Assembly: GCA_045545475.1 (NCBI GenBank)
Contig: JAZQAZ010000034.1
Span: 33,287-97,286, forward strand
DNA from: Clostridia bacterium
GTDB lineage: Bacteria; Bacillota; Clostridia; CAKSNL01; HGM11501
Length of the DNA: 64,000 nucleotides
Direction of reading: 5' to 3'
Each line of letters begins with the position of its first letter. Position 1 is the stretch's first letter. Made by a program: the position numbers and the translations under genes. This document shows, piece after piece, positions 27,831 to 36,393 of this stretch. Under the pieces are notes generated by a model that did not search any database, was not told the DNA's origin, and saw only the letters and a program-made list of their open reading frames with translations.

Positions 27831-28337
27831 ATGGAGAGATATACTCTTGCGGTACTGGTAAGAAACCGTTTCGGTGTTCTTAACAGAGTAACCAGCATGT
27901 TCAGAAGAAGAAGGTTTAATATAAGTGCCCTTACGGTTAGTGAAACGGAATCTGCGGATTTTTCACGAATTACTGTGGTTTTCGACGGGGATGACGACAA
28001 CAAGGATCAGCTTATCAATCAGCTTTACAAGCTTCCTGATGTGTCCTCAATTCGTGAGCTTAACAAGTCGGAGTCCGTAAGCTGTGAGCTTATGCTTATA
28101 AAGATGGAAAATAATCCCGAAACAAGAGAGGATATATTAACGGCAGCTGATGCCTTCGGTGCAAAAACCGTTAACTATACAAAGGATGCCATTATGTTCC
28201 GTCTGACGGGAGACAGCGTGAAAATTGATGAATTCATAAACCTTATGCGTGATTTCAACATTCTTGAAATCTGCCGAACCGGAAGCGTTTCCCTTGAAAA
28301 GGGCGCAACCACCATAAGGAAGGTAACAAATTTATAA
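27831..28337 (+). CDS. ilvN: Acetolactate synthase small (regulatory) subunit
   Basis: ACT-domain N-terminus YTLAVLVRNRFGVLNRVTSMFRRRRFNISALTV. Confidence 0.9.
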   Translation: MERYTLAVLVRNRFGVLNRVTSMFRRRRFNISALTVSETESADFSRITVVFDGDDDNKDQLINQLYKLPDVSSIRELNKSESVSCELMLIKMENNPETREDILTAADAFGAKTVNYTKDAIMFRLTGDSVKIDEFINLMRDFNILEICRTGSVSLEKGATTIRKVTNL

Positions 28338-28340
28338 GAT

Positions 28341-28377
28341 AAAAAACCGTCGCATATGCGGTGTACTCATAAGGACA
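28341..28377 (+). repeat. Left copy of an inverted repeat (27-nt perfect core 28351-28377)
   Basis: aaaaaaccgtcgcatatgcggtgtactcataaggaca. The reverse complement recurs at 34643-34680. It starts 4 nt after the ilvN stop. Confidence 0.9.
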
Positions 28378-28384
28378 GTAATTT

Positions 28385-28424
28385 AAAAAGGCAGAAACAA
28401 TTAAATTTGTTTCTGCCTTTTTTT
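28385..28424 (+). terminator. Terminator after ilvN
   Basis: aaaaaggcagaaacaa-ttaaat-ttgtttctgccttttttt. Confidence 0.85.
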
Positions 28425-28440
28425 CTGCCTTTTTATTGTA

Positions 28441-28461
28441 GGGGCGATTCGCGAATCGCCC
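28441..28461. repeat. Perfect 20-nt GC-rich palindrome (REP-like)
   Basis: gggcgattcg|cgaatcgccc is self-complementary. It resembles a palindromic intergenic repeat type I recall from gut Firmicutes. Only one copy is present in this window. Confidence 0.5.
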
Positions 28462-28484
28462 ATTTTTAAGGTCTTAGGATTATC

Positions 28485-28515
28485 CTAAAATATTGGAAGA
28501 TGCCATACATCTTCC
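28485..28515 (-). terminator. Terminator of the reverse-strand five-gene operon
   Basis: ggaagatg-ccata-catcttcc hairpin. On the minus strand it is followed by aatatttt, about 27 nt after the EamA stop. Confidence 0.6.
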
Positions 28516-28541
28516 CTGCTTGTTACAATGCCGGACATAAT

Positions 28542-29417
28542 TTATTTGTTCGAAATATATATTCCCGTTGTAATGAGCAAAAATGATATAATATATTGCA
28601 TTTTAAATATATTCTCGCCTAAAATCAAAGCTCCAAATATACATGCAAACACCGGTTCTGCAAATTTTACGATAAATAGTTTTGAAAGCTCCCCGTTTTT
28701 CACCACGGAAAACCAGATGCAATAGCTGAAAATTGATGCAAAACATATGTAAACCATGACAAATGCAGATTTGCTAAAGGCAAAGTCCATCCCCCCGCCC
28801 AGGAGATTGCCTATAATCAATAAAACTATACCGCCAAACAATTGTGATATTCCTGTTGATGTAATCGGTTTTACTGTTTGAAATACCTTTTTACTAATTA
28901 CATTTGAAAAAACGGTGCAAAAAGACGCTGCAATAATTAGTGCATCGCCAATATTAAAACTTATTCCACCAAAATTTGCATTTATCGCAACAATACCCAC
29001 AAATCCTATAAGTACGCCAATCAGTTTTTTTGCAGTAAGCTTGTCTTCTTTAAAAAACATAGAGGAAAAGCAAACATAAAATAATACACCAACTTGTTTT
29101 AATATTGCAGTTTTAGAACTATCTGTGAGCTTCAATGCACTATATGTAAAGCTATAATGCAAGATTATTGCAAAAAGTCCTGATAAAAGAACAGGAACTA
29201 ATGCATTTTTTGCATCTTTAAAGGAAACCTTATCTGTAATAAAAGTATACAAGCATATAAGTGCACCGCATATAGTAAACCTAACTCCGGCGAAAAACAG
29301 AATATCTCCGGTTGTTACAATGTTGTATGCACCATAACCGAGCTTTACCATAGGAAAAAGCGTTCCCCAAAGGAGCATTACCAAAAGTGCATAAAGCATA
29401 GATTTATTTTTACTCAT
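28542..29417 (-). CDS. EamA/DMT family transporter (10 TM)
   Basis: Two EamA-like five-helix halves. Very AT-rich. 8-nt overlap with the upstream gene. Confidence 0.8.
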   Translation of the reverse strand: MSKNKSMLYALLVMLLWGTLFPMVKLGYGAYNIVTTGDILFFAGVRFTICGALICLYTFITDKVSFKDAKNALVPVLLSGLFAIILHYSFTYSALKLTDSSKTAILKQVGVLFYVCFSSMFFKEDKLTAKKLIGVLIGFVGIVAINANFGGISFNIGDALIIAASFCTVFSNVISKKVFQTVKPITSTGISQLFGGIVLLIIGNLLGGGMDFAFSKSAFVMVYICFASIFSYCIWFSVVKNGELSKLFIVKFAEPVFACIFGALILGENIFKMQYIISFLLITTGIYISNK

Positions 29418-30396
29418 TGCACACTCTCAAAACCACTTTGCCTATGTTTTCTCCTCTTTCTAAAATATCCAAAGCCTCGTTTGCCTCTTCCAAAGGCAGA
29501 ACCTTATATATGGATGGCTTCATTTCGCCTTTTTCAATTTTTGGCCATACTTTTTCTACAAGTTCAGCAAGAAGCAAAGCTTTTTCTTCGCTTGTGCGTT
29601 TTCTGAGCATGCTTCCAACAAGGTGAAGCCCTTTTGTAAGAAGAGGTCTTAACATAATATTTGTCTCTGTACCCGCAAGAGTTGAAATAACTACCCAATA
29701 TCCGCCTTCTGCCATATAAGGCAGGCTTTTACCAAGGGTTTCTCCGCACAGACAATCCATTGACATATTGACAGGAGTACCTTTTAATTCTTCTTGTTTT
29801 AAAAATTCCGAAACATCCTGCTTGGTGGAAATTATAACCACATCCGCACCAAGTGATACAATTTTTTCGGCAATTTCATCAGACAAAACGGAAGTAATAA
29901 CTCTTGCGCCAAAAGCTTTTGCCATAGGAATTGCAACAGATGCAAGGCCACTGGCGCCGGCAGGAATAAAAGCGGTTTGCCCCACTTTAAGATGCCCCTC
30001 CCAAAATAAATTCAAATATGAAGTTGCATATGCTTCAGGCAAGGTCGCCGCTTCTTCAAAGGATAAATTTTTTGGCATTGGCATAACCATTCCTTCCGGG
30101 GCACAAACATACTGTGCATAACCGCCTCCGCCTAAAAGGGCACAAACAGAATCGCCGATTTTAAATCTTCCCTTTTGTTTTGCGGTCTCTCCCATAGCGT
30201 CAACAGTCCCTGATACTTCAAGACCGGGCCACTCGGGCCAACCCTTTGGAGACGGATATGTCCCCTTCTTTTGCAAAAGGTCAGCACGATTTATGCCAAT
30301 CGCCTTGACTTTTATACGTATTTCATCGTCACCTGCATTTGGTATTTCCGCGTCTGTCAATAACAGCTTTTCTTCTTTAACAGTCATTGCTTTCAT
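29410..30396 (-). CDS. Quinone oxidoreductase-like MDR family NAD(P)H dehydrogenase
   Basis: IRIKVKAIGINRADLLQKKGTYP and the Rossmann segment IPAGASGLASVAIPMAKAFGA. The start MKAMTV.. has RBS aaagga. Confidence 0.8.
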   Translation of the reverse strand: MKAMTVKEEKLLLTDAEIPNAGDDEIRIKVKAIGINRADLLQKKGTYPSPKGWPEWPGLEVSGTVDAMGETAKQKGRFKIGDSVCALLGGGGYAQYVCAPEGMVMPMPKNLSFEEAATLPEAYATSYLNLFWEGHLKVGQTAFIPAGASGLASVAIPMAKAFGARVITSVLSDEIAEKIVSLGADVVIISTKQDVSEFLKQEELKGTPVNMSMDCLCGETLGKSLPYMAEGGYWVVISTLAGTETNIMLRPLLTKGLHLVGSMLRKRTSEEKALLLAELVEKVWPKIEKGEMKPSIYKVLPLEEANEALDILERGENIGKVVLRVCNE

Positions 30397-30412
30397 ATCA
30401 ATCAGTTCCTTT

Positions 30413-31468
30413 CTATAATCTGTAAACCACTTCGCCGTCTGCAATAGTCAAGATGCATCTGTATCCGTATTTGCTTTCAATGTGATTTTTGGCTGCGTCT
30501 GTCAGGTCAAAGCCTTCATCGGTATAGTCAAATACTGCAAGGTCAGCACGTCTGCCAACCCTTAAATATCCCCATTCGTTTTCTTTATGGAGAGCTTTTG
30601 CAGGGGCACAAGTTACTGCGCGGAAAATATTTTCTTCATTCATGCCAAGTGCTTTCGCTATGTTCATACACATAGTCATTCCGTATCTTCCGCCACGCTT
30701 ATAGGCGCTGAATTTAGTAATATCCGTGCTTATTGTATCCGGCAGATTTCCGTTCTTTATCGCACTTTCAAATACCGCAAAATCCGTATGGACATTTCCG
30801 GCAAAACCTGCATCAATAATAATTCCCTTTTCTTTTGCTTTGCTTAAGCACTCAAAATTATCTAAGGAAGCGTTATTTCCTCCGCCGTGGTATGCGTGAG
30901 TTATTATGTCGCCTTTGTTTAAGGTTTCTGAAATTTCAGACATACTGACAGGGGCGCCTGTCGTATGAACCATAACAATAAGGTCATTTCTTTTTGCATA
31001 ATCGCAAACTTCTTTCAGCGGATTAGTATCTCGCACATCCGAACTGTTAGTGTCAAAGTACACTTTTATTCCTGCCGCCTTTTCTCCGTAATATTCGAGT
31101 AATTTGATGGTGTTATCGAGTTGTGCTTTATTATCTTTAAAGTCAGCACGGAGGAAGACCTTATTTTTTATAAGGGAATTACTATACTGCTCTTTGCGGT
31201 CAGGCTCTGCTGAAGCATCAGCCGCCGCCGTAACACCAAAGGGAATACAGCTCATTTCTGCGTTTATTCCCCAGTAGCCAAACATATGCGTATGAATATC
31301 AACAAGCCCGGTCGAAACAACCTTTCCGTCCGCATCATATATGTAGTCGGCACTCTCTTTTATATCAGGCGCTATTGAGTGGATATGTCCGTTGTCTGTC
31401 AGAATGTCAGCGTATAAAAATTGTTCTCCGTCCCATACTTTCCCGTTTTTAATCAATATTTTTCCCAA
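30413..31468 (-). CDS. Amidohydrolase superfamily metallohydrolase
   Basis: GLVDIHTHMF metal-binding HxH and later VHTTG / HAYHGGG motifs. TTG start 10 nt after aggtgg. 20-nt overlap with the upstream gene. Confidence 0.72.
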   Translation of the reverse strand: MGKILIKNGKVWDGEQFLYADILTDNGHIHSIAPDIKESADYIYDADGKVVSTGLVDIHTHMFGYWGINAEMSCIPFGVTAAADASAEPDRKEQYSNSLIKNKVFLRADFKDNKAQLDNTIKLLEYYGEKAAGIKVYFDTNSSDVRDTNPLKEVCDYAKRNDLIVMVHTTGAPVSMSEISETLNKGDIITHAYHGGGNNASLDNFECLSKAKEKGIIIDAGFAGNVHTDFAVFESAIKNGNLPDTISTDITKFSAYKRGGRYGMTMCMNIAKALGMNEENIFRAVTCAPAKALHKENEWGYLRVGRRADLAVFDYTDEGFDLTDAAKNHIESKYGYRCILTIADGEVVYRL

Positions 31469-32462
31469 AGAATTTCACACCACCTATTATTTCACTTAAT
31501 ACCTCTTGCACAGCATATTCATGTTCGTATGTAAAAGGATTTTCTTTTGTGCCGTTGATATAAGCATAAAAATCTTTCATCATTTCATCGTATCTGCCTG
31601 TGTCAGTATTATCTTCAAACGGAATAAAAATCTTTCTGTCCTCATAGGTGGCATCTGCAATTGATGTATCAGAATATGTCATTGTAAGCGGACGCTCAAT
31701 CGGACAGATATTAACAGTTCCTTTGCTGCCTGACACCATAAACTGCCGTCTTCCAAATCCATTGACCTCAACAGAAGAAACAAAAACTCTTGCCAGTGCC
31801 TTTTCATATTCCAGAACAGCAAGATTATTATCCGCGAAATCAATGTCTTCTAACATTGTGTGCTTTAGGAATGCTGTTATATTATCGGGTTTTCCCAAGA
31901 TGTAAACTATTAAGTCAACCAAGTGAGAACCTAATATATACATAATTCCGCCACCGAAATTTGTGAGCCACCTTTTATAATCCTTTGGGTGATATGTACT
32001 CATTTCAGCATTGATAGAATAAATCTCACCGAGCTTGCCGTCTTTTATCAGTTCAAAGCATTTCTGTACTGCCGGATTATAACGAAACATATATGCTAAC
32101 TGTACAATAAGATTTTGTGCTTTTGCTGACTCTAACAAGCTTTTGTATTCTTCCAATGTGCCGCTTGCAGGCTTATCCATATGAATATGCTTTCCTGCAT
32201 CCACACATTTTTTTGCAGTTTCGGTTAAATCCCATACATCTGTTTCAATCAGCAAAGCATCGCATTTATGGATTAATTCATCCACCTGATATCTTGTTAA
32301 TCCTTCATATCCTTTTGCTTTACCACGTTTCTTTATCCATTCTTCGTTTTCTTCAGCAAAGCCAATGATTTCAAATAGTTCAGGAAATTTTCTGATTGCA
32401 AGCATTTTATCTTCGCCGTGATTATGTCCTATTCCAATTTGTCCGATTTTTATTTTTTTCAT
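31449..32462 (-). CDS. Gfo/Idh/MocA family oxidoreductase
   Basis: MKKIKIGQIGIGHNHG Rossmann N-terminus and the HMDKP motif. The ATG overlaps the upstream TGA (TGATG). Confidence 0.85.
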   Translation of the reverse strand: MKKIKIGQIGIGHNHGEDKMLAIRKFPELFEIIGFAEENEEWIKKRGKAKGYEGLTRYQVDELIHKCDALLIETDVWDLTETAKKCVDAGKHIHMDKPASGTLEEYKSLLESAKAQNLIVQLAYMFRYNPAVQKCFELIKDGKLGEIYSINAEMSTYHPKDYKRWLTNFGGGIMYILGSHLVDLIVYILGKPDNITAFLKHTMLEDIDFADNNLAVLEYEKALARVFVSSVEVNGFGRRQFMVSGSKGTVNICPIERPLTMTYSDTSIADATYEDRKIFIPFEDNTDTGRYDEMMKDFYAYINGTKENPFTYEHEYAVQEVLSEIIGGVKFFGKNID

Positions 32463-33463
32463 CACATATTCCTCCAATCAAATACTGTTCCCATCGGGAA
32501 GTTTTTGTCGTCGCAAAGTTCGTTGTAAATCTGCGGTGCATTTTCAGGCGATTCTATGCGTGATATAATAGGCTCTACCTGAATTCGCTTTGATGCTATC
32601 ATATCAAGGATTGCTCTGCAATCATCGTGATGTGTCCAGTGGTGCGGATAGGATTCAAACTTAGGACGCACAAAATTATGTGCACCGATAAGCTTAACAC
32701 CCGGGCGATGCACCTGCTGATAATAGTCGACTGCACTGTCCGAAACTCTTGTACAACCAAGAAGAGATATTCTTCCCATCCAGGACGCACACTCAAGTGC
32801 CTGATTCATAGCCTGTGCTATTCCCGTAACCTCAACACAGCCGTTTACCCCTTTACCCTTTGTAACTTCTTTTACTTTTTCCACAAAATCTTTGTCTGAC
32901 GGATCAAAAGCATAGTCGGCGCCAAGCTTTAATGCAAGCTCACGTCTTTGTGGATTAAGGTCTACTGCAATTACAGGATTTGCACCGGAAAGTCTTAAAA
33001 ACTGCGTTGCAAATATTCCAAGCAGGCCCTGTCCCATAACCATTGCGCTTTCGCCAAGCTCTATTTCCAGCTTCCTGACTCCGCCAAGCCCCATGGAAGC
33101 GATAATTACAAATGCCGCTTCAAGGGATGAAACATTATCATTTTCGACCTTTGTTATATCATCTTCGGTGCGGATATTATATTTAGAATGGCAGCCGTGA
33201 TAAACTAAAACTCTGTCGCCAACTGACACCTTTTTTACATCCTTGCCGATTTCTTCTACATATCCTACACCACAGTACCCCAGAGACATAGGGAATTTTT
33301 GCGAAGTATTGTTCATTCCTAAAATGCAGGCTCTTTCTGTACCGCCACTCACAACTGTATATTCCATTTTCGCAAGCACTTCATTTTCTTTTACTTTGCG
33401 GACTTCATTTTCTAAAAGCTCCGCCTTGTGAACATCTGTAAAAAATATCTGTTTATTTAACAT
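32462..33463 (-). CDS. Zinc-type alcohol/polyol dehydrogenase (MDR family)
   Basis: GYCGVGYVEEIGKDV..GDRV and the Rossmann segment VMGQGLLGIFATQFLRLSGA. RBS gaggtg. Confidence 0.85.
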   Translation of the reverse strand: MLNKQIFFTDVHKAELLENEVRKVKENEVLAKMEYTVVSGGTERACILGMNNTSQKFPMSLGYCGVGYVEEIGKDVKKVSVGDRVLVYHGCHSKYNIRTEDDITKVENDNVSSLEAAFVIIASMGLGGVRKLEIELGESAMVMGQGLLGIFATQFLRLSGANPVIAVDLNPQRRELALKLGADYAFDPSDKDFVEKVKEVTKGKGVNGCVEVTGIAQAMNQALECASWMGRISLLGCTRVSDSAVDYYQQVHRPGVKLIGAHNFVRPKFESYPHHWTHHDDCRAILDMIASKRIQVEPIISRIESPENAPQIYNELCDDKNFPMGTVFDWRNM

Positions 33464-33821
33464 ATTGCACCTCACTATATCTTTTTCATATTATCAATCA
33501 CAGCTTTAACTGTTTTTAAATCAAGCTGTTCCATTGTACTGCTTTGGGAAAATCTGCCGACACAGAATATTATCTGCCCCGTCATACATACAATTTTTGA
33601 TTTCTGCAATTGCGTCTTTTGCAGTTTTTTCTCGGATAGCTCCTGCAATAGCAGGTGCCTGTAGTTTTGATAACACTTTCATAAAATCACCTCTTGATGC
33701 CATTATACAAAAGAGTGAAATAAAACGAAATAGCAAATATGATATTTTTATCAAATTTGCTACAAAATTATTGACAAAATATTTTCTATGATTTACAATT
33801 ATTCCAAAAGGTGTGATATAT

Positions 33822-34580
33822 ATGAATTTAGAAATTTTATCAGATTTGATTATTACCAAAGTCTATTCTGCAACTACAATGTATACAGAAAAAAATGCAA
33901 AAACTGAAAGAAATAATCGTCCAAACTGGGCAATTGTTATCAAATACGAAGGGGAAACCCTGTATGTTTCCGGTGGAAAATCCTATCTCTCAGACATAAA
34001 CAATCTTGTTATTTTACCAAAGGGCTGTTCTTATGAATGGCGGTGTACACATTCTGGACACTTTTCAATTATTGAATTTGAAAGCGAACTTGTATGTAAT
34101 GACATTTTCAGTTTTTATGTGAAGAACAGCGAGAAATTTTTAAAGCTTTTCAAGGAGCTGGAATATCAAAGAACTCTCAGAAAGCCGATGTATGAGGCTG
34201 AAAGTATTCGTGACACATATTCGATTCTGCTGATGCTGATACAATCTGTACAAAAAAAGTATTTACCTACCGAAAAAATAAATAAAATCAGTCCTGCATT
34301 AGATTATATTGCTAAAAACTATAATATAAATATTAAAAACGACATTCTGGCAAATCTTTGCAATCTATCAACTGTTTATTTCAGAAAACTATTTACCGAA
34401 ATTATGGGCACTTCACCAATATCGTATGTGCATGAACTGCGCATAAAAAAAGCCAAGGAAATGCTGAAAAGCGATTACGGCAGCATAACTGATATAGCAC
34501 AATCCTTGGGATATTTAAATATTTACGATTTTTCAAGAACTTTTAAAAAGTATGTTGGTATTTCACCATCAAAATACTAA
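33822..34580 (+). CDS. AraC family transcriptional regulator, divergent from the five-gene operon
   Basis: C-terminal HTH ..LCNLSTVYFRKLFTEIMGTSPISYV..LRIKKAKEML. ATG 33822 (GTG 33813 is possible). Confidence 0.8.
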   Translation: MNLEILSDLIITKVYSATTMYTEKNAKTERNNRPNWAIVIKYEGETLYVSGGKSYLSDINNLVILPKGCSYEWRCTHSGHFSIIEFESELVCNDIFSFYVKNSEKFLKLFKELEYQRTLRKPMYEAESIRDTYSILLMLIQSVQKKYLPTEKINKISPALDYIAKNYNINIKNDILANLCNLSTVYFRKLFTEIMGTSPISYVHELRIKKAKEMLKSDYGSITDIAQSLGYLNIYDFSRTFKKYVGISPSKY

Positions 34581-34630
34581 AAAAGAGGCATAAATTATTG
34601 AAGTAGTCAATAATTTATGCCTCTTTTTTT
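34579..34630 (+). terminator. Terminator after the AraC gene at 33822
   Basis: aaaaaagaggcataaattattg-aagtag-tcaataatttatgcctcttttttt (16-bp stem). Confidence 0.85.
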
Positions 34631-34642
34631 CTTTAACCATTA

Positions 34643-34680
34643 TGTCCTTATGAGTACACCGCATATGCGGCGTTTTTTTT
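34643..34680 (-). repeat. Right copy of the inverted repeat (27-nt perfect core 34643-34669)
   Basis: tgtccttatgagtacaccgcatatgcggcgtttttttt. It directly abuts the stop of the reverse-strand AraC gene (34679-34681). Confidence 0.9.
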
Positions 34681-35551
34681 ACTTTATGCTTGCTATATAA
34701 GCCTTAGGGGAAAAGCCGGTAGCTTTTTTGAAACTGCGGGAAAAGTTATGGATACTCGAATAGCCGAAAAGGTCAGATATCTGGCTTACAGACAGTGTTT
34801 TCGTGCGGAGCAGCCTCTTTGCCTCGCTTACGCGTAAGCTGTGATAATATTCTATAGGGCTTTGTCCAGTATCGTCACGGAAAAGCTTGCATAGCTGACT
34901 CTTTCCGATGGAGAACTTATCGCACACGGCACTAAGGGTAACGGTGCTGTATACGTTGGATGCAAGAAAATTTTTTACAAGCTCAATAACGGAGCTGTCG
35001 GTGAGGGTGCGGTTTTCCTCTTGAGTTGGAATTCTCATGAAATAGGAGTTTTTCTCACGGTAGAGCTTTATTAAAAATTCCGTCAGATAGCAGGATAAAA
35101 GCTGTGTTGCACCGAAGGGAGCATTTGAGAAATCAGGACTGTCGTGCTTTTCCTGAAATCTTCTGAATTTTCCCAGCGTTTGCTGTGCTTCTTTTATGAA
35201 AAGGGAGAGAAGGGTTTTTTCCGTGCTGTCCAAAGTGAAAATTTTCTTTTTGAAATAGTCCATAGCTTCCCCTTCCACACTGAAGGAAATGACAAGCATA
35301 TTATTTGGCACCTTCTGGTCGGAAATATGGGCGTGCAAATCATTGGGCTCGTGGAAAATTACCTGCCCCTGGGAAAGATGGGTGCTTACTCCGTCGGTTA
35401 CGGCGATGATTTCTCCATTATCCACATACACCAGCTCCCAGAAGTCGTGGCTTTCGGGGGCGTGGGTGAAATCCTTGGTGAACTCAAAGTAATATATGCT
35501 GTAAAAGCCAAGAACGTTTATTTCATTTTTTATTTTCTGAAGTTCGTACAT
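34679..35551 (-). CDS. AraC family transcriptional regulator
   Basis: Cupin N-domain plus HTH (..SQLCKLFRDDTGQSPIEYY..LRVSEAKRLL). Divergent from the PIG-L / NagB-like pair. Confidence 0.85.
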   Translation of the reverse strand: MYELQKIKNEINVLGFYSIYYFEFTKDFTHAPESHDFWELVYVDNGEIIAVTDGVSTHLSQGQVIFHEPNDLHAHISDQKVPNNMLVISFSVEGEAMDYFKKKIFTLDSTEKTLLSLFIKEAQQTLGKFRRFQEKHDSPDFSNAPFGATQLLSCYLTEFLIKLYREKNSYFMRIPTQEENRTLTDSSVIELVKNFLASNVYSTVTLSAVCDKFSIGKSQLCKLFRDDTGQSPIEYYHSLRVSEAKRLLRTKTLSVSQISDLFGYSSIHNFSRSFKKATGFSPKAYIASIK

Positions 35552-35674
35552 CTATGTCACCTCGTCGGAATAAATGATACAAAATAGAACCAAAGTGATA
35601 AATACTTTTTATTTTTTTTATTATATAATAATAGTAGCGTAATGTCAATTTTAATTTGAAAGAGAGGTATATTT

Positions 35675-36373
35675 ATGAAAGTTCTGGCAGTTGGATGTCA
35701 TCCCGATGACGTTGAAATCGGATGCAGCGGCACACTCATCAAATGTGTAAAAAGAGGCGACGAGGTTATGGTTTGCCACGTAGCTAACGGCGATATGGGA
35801 CATGCTATTATTATGCCCCCCGAACTTCGTGAAATAAGAATAGGAGAGGCAAAAAAGGCAGGAAGTCTTGCCGGTATCAAGGTTACAACACTTGACATCG
35901 GAGACCTTATGCCCAATGCGGCTATCCAGGAACAGCGTGATAAGATGGTTAAGCTCTTAAAAGAGTTCCAGCCTGATTTTATTATTACTCACGCTCCCAA
36001 CGACTATATGCCCGACCACAGAGAGGTTTCAAAGCTTGTGTTTGACGCATCCTTTGCGGCAAGCGTACCTCACTACGGTGCAGAAGGTTCTGCTGCAGTA
36101 ACTCCCATTTTCTATATGGACAATCTTGCGGGAACAAACACCATTCCCACAGAGTATGTTGATATCACTGATGAAATCGACTTAAAGCTTCAGATGCTTG
36201 AATGCCACGAAAGCCAGCTTAAGTGGATGAGAGACCATGACCACATCGACTTTGCTGAGTTTGTAAAGAGCTGTTCACGCTTCCGCGGAATCCAGGCAAG
36301 CTGCGGCTATGCAGAAGGCTACACACAGGAGCTTTCCTGGCCCAGAATCACAACAAAGAGACTCTTACCGTAA
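35675..36373 (+). CDS. PIG-L/LmbE family N-acetyl-sugar deacetylase
   Basis: MKVLAVGCHPDDVEIGCSGTL and HPDH-type motifs (THAPNDYMPDH). Confidence 0.85.
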   Translation: MKVLAVGCHPDDVEIGCSGTLIKCVKRGDEVMVCHVANGDMGHAIIMPPELREIRIGEAKKAGSLAGIKVTTLDIGDLMPNAAIQEQRDKMVKLLKEFQPDFIITHAPNDYMPDHREVSKLVFDASFAASVPHYGAEGSAAVTPIFYMDNLAGTNTIPTEYVDITDEIDLKLQMLECHESQLKWMRDHDHIDFAEFVKSCSRFRGIQASCGYAEGYTQELSWPRITTKRLLP

Positions 36374-36393
36374 AATAAAAGGAGGAAAAAAAC

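Noticed and set aside
33683-33859. Longer (112-aa) version of the small minus-strand ORF at the head of the island operon
   Set aside because: The upstream 59 codons run through the AT-rich divergent promoter and overlap the AraC start. Only the ATG at 33682 has an RBS.
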